Shown: positions 19,433 to 30,774, counted from the stretch's first letter. The stretch: 64,000 bases of DNA from Nitrosopumilus sp. (GCA_964225545.1 CAXQPB010000198.1:39452-103451); one strand, 5' to 3'. Numbers and translations are program-made. The notes: generated from the sequence alone by a model not told the origin.

Positions 19433-20453
19433 ACGCTGCGGGAATGCGGCCGATGTCCTGAAGCAGCTCGCGCTGGAGACCCTCGGATGTCGAATCGTCG
19501 AAGCCGAGCGTGATGCTGTCGCTGATTCCATTGAAGCGTTGCTCCATGACAGCCGCGATCTGATCGTGGCGGCCGGCCGCGACGAATTCGTGAAGAACCT
19601 CGTCCGGGATCTCGGCTGCCATCTCCTTCCACTGTCCCTGCTTCGACATCGAGTGAAGCTTCATCCCGAGGTCTTCCCAGCCGTGTTCGGCGAGGACCCC
19701 GTGGTAGCTGCGAGTGGATCCGTAAAACGCTACGCGGTACCGGCACCACTCGAGCTGTCTGGCGACCGCCTCATCATCGGCTCCCGTGGCGATGAAGCCA
19801 CCGCCCCAGATCTCGAACGTGGATCGATCACGGCCGGCTTTTTCGAGACCTTCGTCGATTGCAGGGAGCGCGACGTTTTCCAGATAGCGGCGTGTCGCGA
19901 AACCGTGCAGACGAACGCCGTCGCAATGACGCCCCGCCATACGCATCATCGCCGGCTTGACCGCCGCGATGCTGATCGGGATCGGGCCGAGCCCGGACGG
20001 CTGCGGTGAAAACTCCGGAGTCATGAGCGTGAAATTGTAGTGCTCCCCCTGATAGTCGAGCTTCTCGCCTTTCTCCCAGCATCGCCAGATCGCTCTCAGC
20101 GCCTGGACGTATTCGCGCAGGCGCGGCAGCGGAGGGCTCCACGGAACACTGAAGCGGCGCTCGTTGTGCCCCTTGACCTGCGTCCCGAGTCCGAGGGTGA
20201 AGCGCCCCCCCGATTGAACGTGGAGGTCCCAGGCCGTGTTCGCGACGACCATCGGGCTGCGCGGGAAGCAGACGGCGATGGCGGTGCCGAGGTGAACGCG
20301 CTCCGTGGCGATGGCAGCGAGGGCCAGCGGGATGAAGGGGTCGGAGGCGATTTCGTAACTGACGAGGCCGTCGAACCCGATCGCCTCAGCGCTGCGCGCA
20401 GCCGCCTCGATCGCCCGCCAGTCGGTCATCGGTAGTCCTGTTTCTATCTTCAT
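19407..20453 (-). CDS. Mirror copy of LLM oxidoreductase (13688..14734)
   Basis: Identical translation; palindrome arm. Confidence 0.7.
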   Translation of the reverse strand: MKIETGLPMTDWRAIEAAARSAEAIGFDGLVSYEIASDPFIPLALAAIATERVHLGTAIAVCFPRSPMVVANTAWDLHVQSGGRFTLGLGTQVKGHNERRFSVPWSPPLPRLREYVQALRAIWRCWEKGEKLDYQGEHYNFTLMTPEFSPQPSGLGPIPISIAAVKPAMMRMAGRHCDGVRLHGFATRRYLENVALPAIDEGLEKAGRDRSTFEIWGGGFIATGADDEAVARQLEWCRYRVAFYGSTRSYHGVLAEHGWEDLGMKLHSMSKQGQWKEMAAEIPDEVLHEFVAAGRHDQIAAVMEQRFNGISDSITLGFDDSTSEGLQRELLQDIGRIPAAFTGFPADW

Positions 20454-20596
20454 GCCCTTTTCCCCCGTGTTCGCCTGTTCTTCGGTGCTCGCCGCGCCCG
20501 GGGGGCTTTTGCCCCGACAATTGACCGAGCGCGGGCGTCGCAATAAGACTGGTACTGCCGCCGTTTGAATAACACTGGGGGAAGTTGGGTGGAACC

Positions 20597-22075
20597 ATGC
20601 CGCGTTACTCCTACGAAAGACTTTCGGCTCAGGACAATACTTTTCTGCTGATGGAGCGCCGCAACGTGTACATGCACGTTGCAGCCACCGCGGTTTATGA
20701 GGGCGGCCCGCTCGTCGGAGAAGACGGCGGCGTGGATATCGAGGCGTTCCGGCGCGCCATCGAAGGCTTCATCCACGTCATCCCCCGCTACCGCGAAAAG
20801 CTCCGCTGGGTGCCCTACGTCGAGACGCCGGTCTGGGTCGACGATCGGCACTTCAACCTCGACTACCACATCCGTCACACCGCGCTCCCGCGGCCGGGTA
20901 CCGATGCCCAGCTGAAGAAACTCGCCGGACGCATCATGTCCCAGAAGCTCGATCGCGATCGACCGCTGTGGGAGTTCTGGGTCGTCGAGGGGCTCGAAGG
21001 CGGCAGGTTCGCGATCATCAGCAAGATCCACCACTGCATGATTGACGGCAGCGCCGGCGCCGATCTGGCCACAATCATGATGTCGCTGACACCGGAGCAC
21101 CACCTCCCCGAAGTTCACCCGTACGTGCCACGTCCTTCGCCCACCGGTGGCGAGCTGCTGCGCGATGAAGTGACGCGTATGCTCGGGTTGCCGAACGCGA
21201 TCGCCAGGGGGCTGTACGATTTCGGCAAGCATGCGGAAAGCATTCGAAGCGAACTCTTCAAGCGCAGCTCTGCGCTGGTCGAGCTGTTCGGCTACGCGAT
21301 CCGCAAGCCGTCCGAGACTCCGCTCAACGGTCGCCTCGGGCCGCATCGATGCTTCGACTGGCTCGACATGTCGCTCGAAGACGTGAAGGCGGTGCGACGC
21401 CACTACGGCTGCACGGTCAACGACCTGGTGCTCGCGACGGTATCCGGGGCGGTCCGGCAATATCTGATTCGACATCGTGTAGACGCCAACGACATCGAGT
21501 TCCGCGTATCGGCGCCGGTGAGTGTCCGGCGTGATGAAGACCGCGGCAAGCTGGGGAACCACGTCTCGAGCTGGATCGTCAAGCTGCCGATTCAGGAGAA
21601 GGATCCGGTTCGCAGGCTCGAGGCGATCCACCGGGTCACGGACGACCTCAAACGTTCCGAGCAGGCACTCGGCGTGCAGATGCTGATGGCGGCAGCGGAA
21701 TGGGCACCCGCGCAGCTGCTCTCGCTGGGTTCCCAGTCGACGAGCGGGCCGATCAACATGATCGTGACGAACGTGCCGGGCCCGCAGATTCCGCTCTACA
21801 TGCTCGGTTCACGGCTCGTCGATATGTACCCGCAGGTTCCGTTGCTCGAGAACACCGGTCTGGGTGTGGCGCTGTTCAGCTACAACGGCCGGATGTGCTG
21901 GGGCTTCAATGCAGATCCGGGCGTGGTACCGGACGCCAGCGACTTCGTTCGCATGGTACGGGCGTCCTTCGTCGAGCTGGCGAACGCGGCCGGGATCAAG
22001 CTCGGGGCCGAGCCCAGGGTGATCCGAAATCCCGCCGCTCAGACTCAGTCCGATGACGGCCGGCTGGGTTCCTAG
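20597..22075 (+). CDS. Mirror copy of WS/DGAT acyltransferase (12066..13544)
   Basis: Identical translation with the HHCMIDG motif. Confidence 0.8.
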   Translation: MPRYSYERLSAQDNTFLLMERRNVYMHVAATAVYEGGPLVGEDGGVDIEAFRRAIEGFIHVIPRYREKLRWVPYVETPVWVDDRHFNLDYHIRHTALPRPGTDAQLKKLAGRIMSQKLDRDRPLWEFWVVEGLEGGRFAIISKIHHCMIDGSAGADLATIMMSLTPEHHLPEVHPYVPRPSPTGGELLRDEVTRMLGLPNAIARGLYDFGKHAESIRSELFKRSSALVELFGYAIRKPSETPLNGRLGPHRCFDWLDMSLEDVKAVRRHYGCTVNDLVLATVSGAVRQYLIRHRVDANDIEFRVSAPVSVRRDEDRGKLGNHVSSWIVKLPIQEKDPVRRLEAIHRVTDDLKRSEQALGVQMLMAAAEWAPAQLLSLGSQSTSGPINMIVTNVPGPQIPLYMLGSRLVDMYPQVPLLENTGLGVALFSYNGRMCWGFNADPGVVPDASDFVRMVRASFVELANAAGIKLGAEPRVIRNPAAQTQSDDGRLGS

Positions 22076-22161
22076 CCCGAGGCGCATGCAGCGCCGATGA
22101 ACGCGGCCTCGAACAACGGCCGCGGGAGGGCCTGAGCGCCGAGGCGTGACGGCCCGACTTC

Positions 22162-23373
22162 GTGTTGACGATCGCGATGCTGTGGGACGCGCTGCTGGGT
22201 GGCGGCGCGCAGCACGAGAGCGTGCCATCGGTACGTCGCGATACGTCGATGCTCGCCAAGATCCTCCTCGATGAGGGGCTGCTCCGAGCGATGTCCGGGT
22301 CGACCGGCTTCTGGGCCCATTCGGACCGGCTCGATCGAACCGTACGAAACGAAGTCTCGCGCGGTATCGATTTTTACGGCGAGCGTGGTTGGCTCGATGA
22401 CCCCGCCGCCTACCACCGAGAGCCGCCGGTACTCGCGGATCCGGACATCGAGAGTGTCTTCGGGCTGATCCCTTACGAGCAGCTGAGCTTCGAGAGCGGA
22501 TACACGCCTGCAGTCGGTGAGCCCGGACGACGGCGGTGGATGGGGTATCGCGAGAATCGACGCGCTCACGCGTGGATGTTGCGTCATGCCGATCACTCGC
22601 GCCCATGGATGATCGCGTTGCACGGCTACGGGATGGGGTCGCCGCTCGCCGATCTCGGTGGGATGCGCGCGCGCTACCTCCATCACGCGCTCGGACTGAA
22701 CGTTCTGTCCTACGTCATGCCGCTGCATGGGCCGCGACGGGTCGGGCGCGGATACGGCAGCGAGCTGTTCAGCGGAGGCGTCTCAAATCTGATCCACGGT
22801 GAAGCGCAGGCGATGTGGGACCTGCGCCGAATCATTTCGTGGATTCGGGGTACGCAGGGAGCCGACCGTGTCGCGGTCCACGGTGTCTCGCTCGGCGGGT
22901 ACACGACAGCGCTGCTTTCGGCTCTCGAACCCGATCTTGCCTGTGCCGTCGCCGGTATACCGGCCTCCTGTTTCGTTGAGCTGTTCCGTCAGCACTCCGA
23001 TCGAGTGAGCGGTATCGATCCGGACCGGATGGATGCGTTCTGGGAGCAGACTCGACGGCTTCTGACTGTGGTGTCCCCGCTCAGCATGCAGCCGCGGATC
23101 CCGCGCGAGAGACGATATATTTTTGCAGCGGTTGCCGACCGGCTGGCGCCGCCGGGATCGGCGATGGCGCTCTGGGAACACTGGGAACGACCGCGCATCG
23201 TCTGGTACCAGGGGTCGCATGTCTCGTTCGTCTTCGAGAACGATGTTCGTGAACTTCTCGACGCAGCCATGCTGGAGTCGGGAATGATCGAGAGCGGATG
23301 GGATCCGGCGCGCGGCGGGTTGCCGTGGAGCTCGGAACTGGCGTCGTGGTTTCCTCGGTTTTCCTCGCGCTGA
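22162..23373 (+). CDS. Mirror copy of alpha/beta hydrolase (10768..11979)
   Basis: Identical translation. Confidence 0.65.
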   Translation: MLTIAMLWDALLGGGAQHESVPSVRRDTSMLAKILLDEGLLRAMSGSTGFWAHSDRLDRTVRNEVSRGIDFYGERGWLDDPAAYHREPPVLADPDIESVFGLIPYEQLSFESGYTPAVGEPGRRRWMGYRENRRAHAWMLRHADHSRPWMIALHGYGMGSPLADLGGMRARYLHHALGLNVLSYVMPLHGPRRVGRGYGSELFSGGVSNLIHGEAQAMWDLRRIISWIRGTQGADRVAVHGVSLGGYTTALLSALEPDLACAVAGIPASCFVELFRQHSDRVSGIDPDRMDAFWEQTRRLLTVVSPLSMQPRIPRERRYIFAAVADRLAPPGSAMALWEHWERPRIVWYQGSHVSFVFENDVRELLDAAMLESGMIESGWDPARGGLPWSSELASWFPRFSSR

Positions 23374-24587
23374 GCCTGATCGGCCTGACCTTCACTCTGA
23401 CGACGCTGATCCCGCAGCGACGTCAGAACTGGGCGTCGATCCCACGCTTCTTCGCCTCCTGGCTGACCGGCGAGCTCGCTCTGTACCATATCGCCTGGCA
23501 GGCGGCTGCCACGGCGGGGTTCGTTGCTTACGGAGCTCTCGAGCAGCCTGCGGGTGTCGCCGGTCTCGTCATCACGCTGCTGTCGTGGGCCGGTCTCTGC
23601 GTTGCGCTCAAGCACTCGCGTGCCGCGTCTGGAGTCACTGAATCCGCGCTGCGGGAGACACTGGGTACCGGGTATGCGGGAGATTCCGCAAAGCCCGGCG
23701 AACCGGAGCCCGTCCCGATCGCACGCCTGTTGCTGCCGTTCCGGATGCGGCACCCGGACATCGTTGTCGAGCGGGACGTTGCCTACGGTGATGCGGGGAA
23801 GCGTAATCTCCTCGATATCTACCGGCCGCGAGAATCCGACGGGCGCTGTCCTGTTCTTCTGCAGATTCACGGCGGAGGCTGGGTGATCGGCAACAAGGAG
23901 GAGCAGGGCGGCCCGCTCATGCGCTACCTGGCCGCGCGCGGCTGGTGTTGTTTCGCGATCAATTACCGACTCAGCCCTGACGCGGTCTGGCCGGACCATT
24001 TGATCGACTGCAAGAAAGCCCTCGCGTGGATCCGCGAGCACGCCGCCCCGTACGGAGCTGACCCCGGCCTCGTGGTGGTGACCGGCGGCTCGGCCGGTGG
24101 TCATCTCTCCTCGATGATGGCGCTTACGCAGGGCCGGGCGGAATTCCAGCCCGGCTTCGAAGATGCGGACACATCGGTGGCAGCGTGCGTACCGTTCTAC
24201 GGGGTTTACGATTTTCTCGGACGCGGCGGCGGCGGCAACTCCGGCAATTCGATGGAGCCGTTTCTCGAGCGCTATGTTCTCAAATGTTCACCGGTCGACC
24301 AGCGGGCGGTCTGGGAGGGGGCCTCGCCGATCGATCAGGTCGGGCCGGCCGCGCCACCGTTTTACGTGATCCACGGGACGCACGATGCTCTCGCATCGGT
24401 CGATGGCGCTCGCGGTTTCGTCGAAAAGCTCAGATCGGTGTCGGCAGCGCCCGTCGTCTACGCTGAGCTCCCCGGTGGCCAACACGCGTTCGAGGTGTTT
24501 CACTCCATTCGCACCGAATACGTCGTGCGTTCGGTCTGGCGTTTCGTCGAGCACATCCGCACATCCCGAACTCCGACATTCTCCTGA
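23298..24587 (+). CDS. Mirror copy of the membrane-anchored fold-3 esterase (9554..10843)
   Basis: Identical translation; same start-site uncertainty. Confidence 0.7.
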   Translation: MGSGARRVAVELGTGVVVSSVFLALSLIGLTFTLTTLIPQRRQNWASIPRFFASWLTGELALYHIAWQAAATAGFVAYGALEQPAGVAGLVITLLSWAGLCVALKHSRAASGVTESALRETLGTGYAGDSAKPGEPEPVPIARLLLPFRMRHPDIVVERDVAYGDAGKRNLLDIYRPRESDGRCPVLLQIHGGGWVIGNKEEQGGPLMRYLAARGWCCFAINYRLSPDAVWPDHLIDCKKALAWIREHAAPYGADPGLVVVTGGSAGGHLSSMMALTQGRAEFQPGFEDADTSVAACVPFYGVYDFLGRGGGGNSGNSMEPFLERYVLKCSPVDQRAVWEGASPIDQVGPAAPPFYVIHGTHDALASVDGARGFVEKLRSVSAAPVVYAELPGGQHAFEVFHSIRTEYVVRSVWRFVEHIRTSRTPTFS

Positions 24588-24679
24588 GGTTCCGAATTGT
24601 TGAAAAAGTCTCTGGATTCGAGCCCCCGCGGACTCGTATGGTCACATGCTATTCATTGGTTCCGGGGGGGGAACGTCGA

Positions 24680-25120
24680 ATGAAGTATCGCGTTGGGTCC
24701 GCGCCGCAGTCGAAGCTGCGTGGGATTGGTAACTCAGTTTCAGGCTTTCTTCGCTCCGCGCTGAAGATCTCCCTGCTCACTCTGCTCGCCCTGTTCGCAC
24801 TGCCGGCTCTGCCGTCTGTTCTGGCCCCGGGCCAGGCTGCCTGTGCACAGCTCCTGGCCGGCGACTCGCCGCTGTACCTCGACAGGGGCACCGGAGAGTT
24901 GACGGCCGAGAAGCCGGAAGGCGAATCGCTGACGCTGAGCCCGCTTGAGATCGAAATGCTCAGTACATCGTCGGCCGGTCTGACAGTGTCGCGTCGAAGC
25001 GACGCGGTGGTCGTCGATCTTCAGGGGCGCTTCGGACACCTCGCGACCGCCACGATTGCACCGGACGGACGCTTGAAGACCCACTGCGCCGACCCGGTCG
25101 CGTCAGGCGCGTCGCAATGA
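24680..25120 (+). CDS. Mirror copy of the small secreted protein (9021..9461)
   Basis: Identical translation. Confidence 0.5.
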   Translation: MKYRVGSAPQSKLRGIGNSVSGFLRSALKISLLTLLALFALPALPSVLAPGQAACAQLLAGDSPLYLDRGTGELTAEKPEGESLTLSPLEIEMLSTSSAGLTVSRRSDAVVVDLQGRFGHLATATIAPDGRLKTHCADPVASGASQ

Positions 25121-27060
25121 TGGCCGCGCGCGAGAGGTGTTCAGTTCCGGTTCGCCGCAGCCGACCGCCGGCTTTGCGTGCGGCGGCCTGGCCGGTCGTG
25201 GTGAGTATCGGGTTGCTCCACGGTGTTGATATCGCCAGTGCAGCTGATGTGTCGGTTCTTTACGTCAACCCGACAGACGGTTTCGCTTCTGAGTTGCCTG
25301 CCGACCCGAGCTCGACGGCGCCGGGCGACACGCTCGGACAGCAGCGCAAGGCGTCGATGGAGGCGGCTGCGAACGAGTGGGGAACTCGTCTGGACAGCAA
25401 TATCCCTGTCTCGATGGACGTCCAGATGGTCGCGATGAGCTGCAACGCCGGCTCGGCGGTGCTCGGCGGCGCGAGCGTACGGACCGTCGCCCGCGACTGG
25501 GTGCCGGCAGCGGGCGGCGTCGATGCGCCTCACGCCTCGACGTGGTATCCGGCCGCGCTCGCGAACCGCTTGGCGAATACTGACCTCATGTCGAACACGT
25601 CCGATCTGCAGGCCGCCTTCAACGAGAGTATCGATAACAACGACTCCTGTCTGCAAGGCGCGAACTGGTACTACAGCGTCGGGCCCGAGGAAGGGCCTTC
25701 TGGAACGATCTCGTTCTACCGCACCGTGCTGCACGAGATCGCACACGGGATCGGGTTCACCTCGCTCGTCGATCCGTCGACCGGGGCGCTGTTTTTCGAT
25801 CTGATCGACAGCTACGCGCGAAACCTCAGCGATGCGGACAGCGGTCTCGGTTGGGAGGAGATGAGCAACCAGCAGCGGGCCGCGTCCGTTGTTGATTCCG
25901 GCAACCTCGTATGGTCGGGCGCCGCCGTGACCGCCGGGTCAGGAATTCTCACATCAGGTCTGACCGACGGGAAGGTTCGTATGTATGCGCCTGACCCGGT
26001 GCGCAGCGGATCGTCGGTTTCCCACTTCGACACCGCCTTCTCGGCGGGCGGCACGGACGAGCTCATGGAACCGTTCGCTTCCCCGCAGTCCGAGATTCTA
26101 CTGACCGGACAACTCCTTGCGGACATCGGCTGGGGCGCACAATGCGGTGACGGTGTCGTCGAGGGCAACGAGAGCTGTGATGACGGGAACGGTGCAGCCG
26201 GTGACGGATGTTCGTCTGTCTGCTCTGTCGAGGAATGTCATTCATGCGACCAGGGGGCGCCGAGCGATTGCACGCCCCTGACAGGGACCCCGTGCTCCGA
26301 TGAGATCGGTTGTACCACCGAGCAGTGCGACGTCGGCGTCTGCCTGTCCGATGCACAAGCCTGCACCCTCGACGTCTTCAAATTCTACCGCGCCAAGCGC
26401 GGCCGGATCGGGGAGCCGTTCGTACCCACCGATGTCGAACTGATCGATGCTCTGGACTCGCGATCGACCCATGTTTCCAAGGTCCATGCGGTCGGCAATC
26501 CGGCATCGCGCGACGGCGTCGAGGCGGCCATCCCGGAGGCGCACGCGGTCTGTTACAAGATCAAGGATTCGACCACGGCTGCGCCGCAGCCGAAGTTCCA
26601 GGCGACATCGGTGCAGATCTCTCATGCATTCGGCAGCGAGTCTCTGCAGATCCTCAAACCGGAGACGCTTTGTATGCCGTCGTCGAGTTCGGCATCAGGG
26701 GCGCCGCCGGCGCTGGCTTCCGGATTGCTCGACGCATTCAAGTGCTACCGTGCCAAACGCGCTGCGGGTTCGCCGAAGCTGGAGCGCCGCACCGTCACAC
26801 TCGTGGATGACTTCGAGCAGAAGCAGACTGTGGTAATCGGACCAAGTGCTTTCTGCGTGCCGGTCGCGGTGAACGGGATCGAGCCGAGCGAACCGAACGA
26901 GTTCCTGCAGTGCTTCAAGGTCAAGGACGCGAAGACGACACCGAAACAGGACAAGTTCGCCGGAGCTGATCTTTACGTTCGGGATGCGTTCGGCCCGAAG
27001 AGCCTCCGGGCCAGCAAGACATTCCGCGTTTGTATCCCCGCTGTCGCCGGCGCGACCTGA
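25117..27060 (+). CDS. Mirror copy of the HExxH metallopeptidase-like secreted protein (7081..9024)
   Basis: Identical 647-aa translation. Confidence 0.6.
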   Translation: MMAARERCSVPVRRSRPPALRAAAWPVVVSIGLLHGVDIASAADVSVLYVNPTDGFASELPADPSSTAPGDTLGQQRKASMEAAANEWGTRLDSNIPVSMDVQMVAMSCNAGSAVLGGASVRTVARDWVPAAGGVDAPHASTWYPAALANRLANTDLMSNTSDLQAAFNESIDNNDSCLQGANWYYSVGPEEGPSGTISFYRTVLHEIAHGIGFTSLVDPSTGALFFDLIDSYARNLSDADSGLGWEEMSNQQRAASVVDSGNLVWSGAAVTAGSGILTSGLTDGKVRMYAPDPVRSGSSVSHFDTAFSAGGTDELMEPFASPQSEILLTGQLLADIGWGAQCGDGVVEGNESCDDGNGAAGDGCSSVCSVEECHSCDQGAPSDCTPLTGTPCSDEIGCTTEQCDVGVCLSDAQACTLDVFKFYRAKRGRIGEPFVPTDVELIDALDSRSTHVSKVHAVGNPASRDGVEAAIPEAHAVCYKIKDSTTAAPQPKFQATSVQISHAFGSESLQILKPETLCMPSSSSASGAPPALASGLLDAFKCYRAKRAAGSPKLERRTVTLVDDFEQKQTVVIGPSAFCVPVAVNGIEPSEPNEFLQCFKVKDAKTTPKQDKFAGADLYVRDAFGPKSLRASKTFRVCIPAVAGAT

Positions 27061-27111
27061 GCGCCGACCGAGCGCCCGTCCGCGTTGCGCGGATCGGTCG
27101 GCTGTCCCGGC

Positions 27112-27936
27112 TCAGGGTTCGCGATCGTGCGGGGGTACCTCGCTGAAATCCGGGTCGCGCTTCTCGAAGAACGCGGTTACCGCTTCGATGTTCTCGGCGC
27201 TGCCGATGCGACCGACGAAGGCGGCGTCCTCTCGTCGCCGTGCTGCATCGACCTGTTCGCGCCGAGTCGCCAGAACCAGTCGTTTCGTGTGTCGAAGCGA
27301 GCCGAGCGGCTTCGCGGCGAGGTGTTGGGCGCGGCGGCTTGCAACGGCCAGCACTTCTTCGGGCTCGCACAGGTCGGTCGCGATCCCGAGCTCGACGGAT
27401 CGTTCCGCGCTGATGAAATCGGATTCGAACAGAAGGTCGATCGCGTTGCGATAACCGATGACTGCGGGGAACAGGTAACTGCTCGCGGCTTCCGGAACCA
27501 CGCCGAGGGTCACGAATGGCGCCCGGAGGCGCGAGCCACGAGCGATGCAGGCGTAGTCGCAATGAAGCAGCAGTGTGATCCCGATGCCGACCCCGACCCC
27601 GTTGACCGCCGCGATCAGCGGCTTGTCGAAGTCGCAGAGCACATCCATGAAGAGTGAAAAACCGTTGTCTTGACCCGATGCGTCGTCGGAGTCGGAGCCC
27701 GGTGAAAGGTTGCTCATCTCTGCGAGGTCCTGACCGGCCGAGAAGGCTCCCCCGGCGCCCGTGATGACCACGGCTCGGACGCGATCGTCGGCAAGCGCGT
27801 CCTCAAGGCTTTCCCGGGCGTCCCGCCACATCGCGGCATTGAAGGCGTTCTTGTGACGAGGGCGGTTCAGGGTCACGGTGAGCACTCCGCCCTCGATCGT
27901 TTCTAGAACGGTCTCGCGTTTCTTTTCATCGGTCAT
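27112..27936 (-). CDS. Mirror copy of enoyl-CoA hydratase/isomerase (6205..7029)
   Basis: Identical translation. Confidence 0.8.
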   Translation of the reverse strand: MTDEKKRETVLETIEGGVLTVTLNRPRHKNAFNAAMWRDARESLEDALADDRVRAVVITGAGGAFSAGQDLAEMSNLSPGSDSDDASGQDNGFSLFMDVLCDFDKPLIAAVNGVGVGIGITLLLHCDYACIARGSRLRAPFVTLGVVPEAASSYLFPAVIGYRNAIDLLFESDFISAERSVELGIATDLCEPEEVLAVASRRAQHLAAKPLGSLRHTKRLVLATRREQVDAARRREDAAFVGRIGSAENIEAVTAFFEKRDPDFSEVPPHDREP

Positions 27937-28096
27937 GACGGGCTTTTTTTCAGCCCAGGAAAATCAGTGCAAGTGCTGTCTGTGTCGGATACGACTCGTG
28001 GTGGCGTCGAACCCGAACATGGACTAAAACGATGTATGCCGGTTTGCCCGCCTGATCCTTCTGCACAAGGGGCGCCCGGTCTGGAGGGATCGCTTC

Positions 28097-29416
28097 GTGT
28101 TACCCGAGATTCGTTCTTTTGGTGCGCACCTGCGCGTTTCGCTTTTCGCTGTCACGTTCTTTTCGCTCGCGTTTCACATCGCGCCGTACGCTGCATCCGC
28201 CGAGGTGAAACCCGGCGAGATCATCACCAAGAAGAACCTCGAGAAGGTTCGCGGACTCGTCCCCGAGGGGGTCCTGTGGTGCGTTGAGAACGGAATGGAC
28301 ATGGAGATCGTACCGTATGGAAAGATCTCTGTGCCTGCCGACTACCAGGAGGCGACCGAGAAGTACTCCGCGCAGGTCAAGCTCGGAGAGAACGCCGAGC
28401 TCGAAAACTGGATCGCAGGTCTCCCGTTCCCGGACATCGATTCGAACGACCCGCATGCGGCCACCAAGATCATGTACAACTTCCAGCGTACCCACTACTT
28501 CACGGAGACGCTGGATCTGAACCTGATGGACGCCGACACCGGAGCGATGGAAACCGACTCCGAGGGCAACCCCATGTATTCCGTCGAGCGGCACTTCATC
28601 CCTGAATGGTTCCGCGTGCTTCGCTTCCAGGGACGGCTTCGCAACGATCCCAAGCCCAGCATCGAACCGAACAAGGATGAGGTCTTCTACAAGGCCGGCC
28701 TGTATCCGCTGATCGAGCCGTTCGACCTCAAGGGCGTCGGCGGTATCAGTTTCCGTTATCTCGACCAGGCCAAGCACGATGACACCTGGCTGTATCTTCC
28801 TTTCGCGCGCCGTGTTCGTCGTATGTCAACGACCCAGCGAAGTGACGCGCTCTTCGGACAGGATATCGATGTAGACAGCTACGGTGGCTACGCGGGGCAG
28901 ATTCCCTGGTTCGAGTGGAAGCTGCTCGGCGAGAAGCCGATGCTCGCCTCCCTGCATGGCAAGAGACTGCCTCCGGAGCCGTGCAAGTCGGATGGCGGCA
29001 TGACGTTCTGTGAACCGTGGGAGATGCGGCCCTCGGTCTACATTGTCGAAGGCAAGTCGAAGTCCCCGAAATACGCGTTCTCCAAGCGCGTGATCTATGT
29101 CGACAAAGAGGCGAACATCATTCCGTATTCCGACCTCTACGATCCCGGCGGCGAGCTGTGGAAGACGGTCATCCTGAGTTTCCGAGTGTCGAACCGGCCC
29201 AACCCCAAAGTCGACTTCGAGTACCCGGAGGAGCGTATGTTCGCCTACGCGTACTCGGTGATCGATATCCAGCTGCAGCACAGCACGCGCGTGGCGATTC
29301 CCGGGCTGGCCTTCCAGAACGAGCCGGGCTGGTATCTGGATCTCGGGTTCGATCACCCTTCGTCGGTCGCCGAGGACTGGTACAGCGTTCAGTCACTGAT
29401 CGCGGGCGGGCGATGA
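28097..29416 (+). CDS. Mirror copy of the DUF1329 protein (4725..6044)
   Basis: Identical translation. Confidence 0.6.
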   Translation: MLPEIRSFGAHLRVSLFAVTFFSLAFHIAPYAASAEVKPGEIITKKNLEKVRGLVPEGVLWCVENGMDMEIVPYGKISVPADYQEATEKYSAQVKLGENAELENWIAGLPFPDIDSNDPHAATKIMYNFQRTHYFTETLDLNLMDADTGAMETDSEGNPMYSVERHFIPEWFRVLRFQGRLRNDPKPSIEPNKDEVFYKAGLYPLIEPFDLKGVGGISFRYLDQAKHDDTWLYLPFARRVRRMSTTQRSDALFGQDIDVDSYGGYAGQIPWFEWKLLGEKPMLASLHGKRLPPEPCKSDGGMTFCEPWEMRPSVYIVEGKSKSPKYAFSKRVIYVDKEANIIPYSDLYDPGGELWKTVILSFRVSNRPNPKVDFEYPEERMFAYAYSVIDIQLQHSTRVAIPGLAFQNEPGWYLDLGFDHPSSVAEDWYSVQSLIAGGR

Positions 29417-29790
29417 GCGAAACAAAACGAGAACCTGCGGCGGAGCTTTCGCCGGACGTTCTCGCTGCCTTCGCTGCGCGCAGCGTGGACTGGCCCGTCG
29501 TGATGCTCAACATGCTGAAGTTCAAACCGGACGGCGGCCTGCGGAGCTACATTCAATACGGTCAATCCGTCCAGCCACTCATCGAAGCTGTCGGTGGAAG
29601 CATCGAGTACCAGGCGATGGCGGCGGAGTCGCTGCTCGGAGGGCAGGACTGGGACATGATCGTTCTGGTCCGTTACCCGAGCCGCGGAGACTTCCTCAAA
29701 ATGGTCGAATCGGACCAATATCAGGCGATCGCCCACCTTCGAGAGAATGCGCTCGAGCGATCCGTGCTCTACGCGACCGACCCTGTCTGA
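29413..29790 (+). CDS. Mirror copy of the DUF1330 protein (4351..4728)
   Basis: Identical translation. Confidence 0.55.
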   Translation: MSETKREPAAELSPDVLAAFAARSVDWPVVMLNMLKFKPDGGLRSYIQYGQSVQPLIEAVGGSIEYQAMAAESLLGGQDWDMIVLVRYPSRGDFLKMVESDQYQAIAHLRENALERSVLYATDPV

Positions 29791-30310
29791 AGGTCGTGCA
29801 GCTCCGACCCATGACTTCGACAGGCTTCCCTTCGAGGGTTTTCCACTCGGGGTTTTCAGTACAAAACACGAATAACGGTCGTTAAACTCGACGACTTGCT
29901 CTTTTCGTCATTGACGAGGTTCGCGTAGCCGCGTTATCGCTTCGTATGATGCCGTAGTGAGGCATCAAGAATGTCGCTCGCCCGTGCCGCATATCGGCCG
30001 CGCACAGCGAGACGACCGAAGGCAGCCCGACAAAGGTTGGTGGTTTTCGGCAACGAGCACTTGCTCGGACCTCGAGCCCTGCTTCCGGCTCGAGGTTTGC
30101 TCGCAAAACGGTTGGTCCGTGCGGTCCAACCGATGCGAGCTTGCCAGGCCGGAGTCGATGCGTCGCGTTCGTTCGGACGGCGGTGACGTGGACCCGGCCT
30201 TGCCTCGCGGTCGGTTTCGTCCACCGGCCGCGGGGCTGCGTATTGTCAGGGCTGCCGGTTCAGGAGCGTTGCGCGGAACGGCAGCTGGAATTCGTTCGAC
30301 CGACTCCGCC

Positions 30311-30769
30311 TCACGCCGGGAAGAAACGGCTGATGGTGTCGGCCACGCATGAGGGCCGGTCGTTTCCCTCCACCTCGATCGATACCCGGATGATGGCCTG
30401 GTAGGACCCTTTGATCTCATCGACCTTGACGAGCTCGGCGCCTGCACGAATCTTCGAGCCGACGGGGACCGGGGCCGGGAATCGGACCTTGTCGCATCCG
30501 TAGTTCACGCCCATGGAGACATTCTCCACGCGTACGATGCGGGGCAGGAAGTAACTGATGAGAGACAGTGTCAGGTAGCCGTGTGCGATCGTGGTCCCGA
30601 ACGGTCCCGACTTCGCAGCCTCGGGGTCGATATGGATCCACTGATGATCCCCGGTCGCGTCTGCAAACAGGTTCACGCGTTCCTGGTCTATGTCGAGCCA
30701 GTCGCTGTAGCCGAGGTGTTTCCCCACCATTTCCGGCAGCTCTGCCGGTGATCCGATCACGGTCGCCAT
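30311..30769 (-). CDS. Mirror copy of the MaoC-like hydratase (3372..3830)
   Basis: Identical translation. Confidence 0.75.
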   Translation of the reverse strand: MATVIGSPAELPEMVGKHLGYSDWLDIDQERVNLFADATGDHQWIHIDPEAAKSGPFGTTIAHGYLTLSLISYFLPRIVRVENVSMGVNYGCDKVRFPAPVPVGSKIRAGAELVKVDEIKGSYQAIIRVSIEVEGNDRPSCVADTISRFFPA

Positions 30770-30774
30770 CTTTT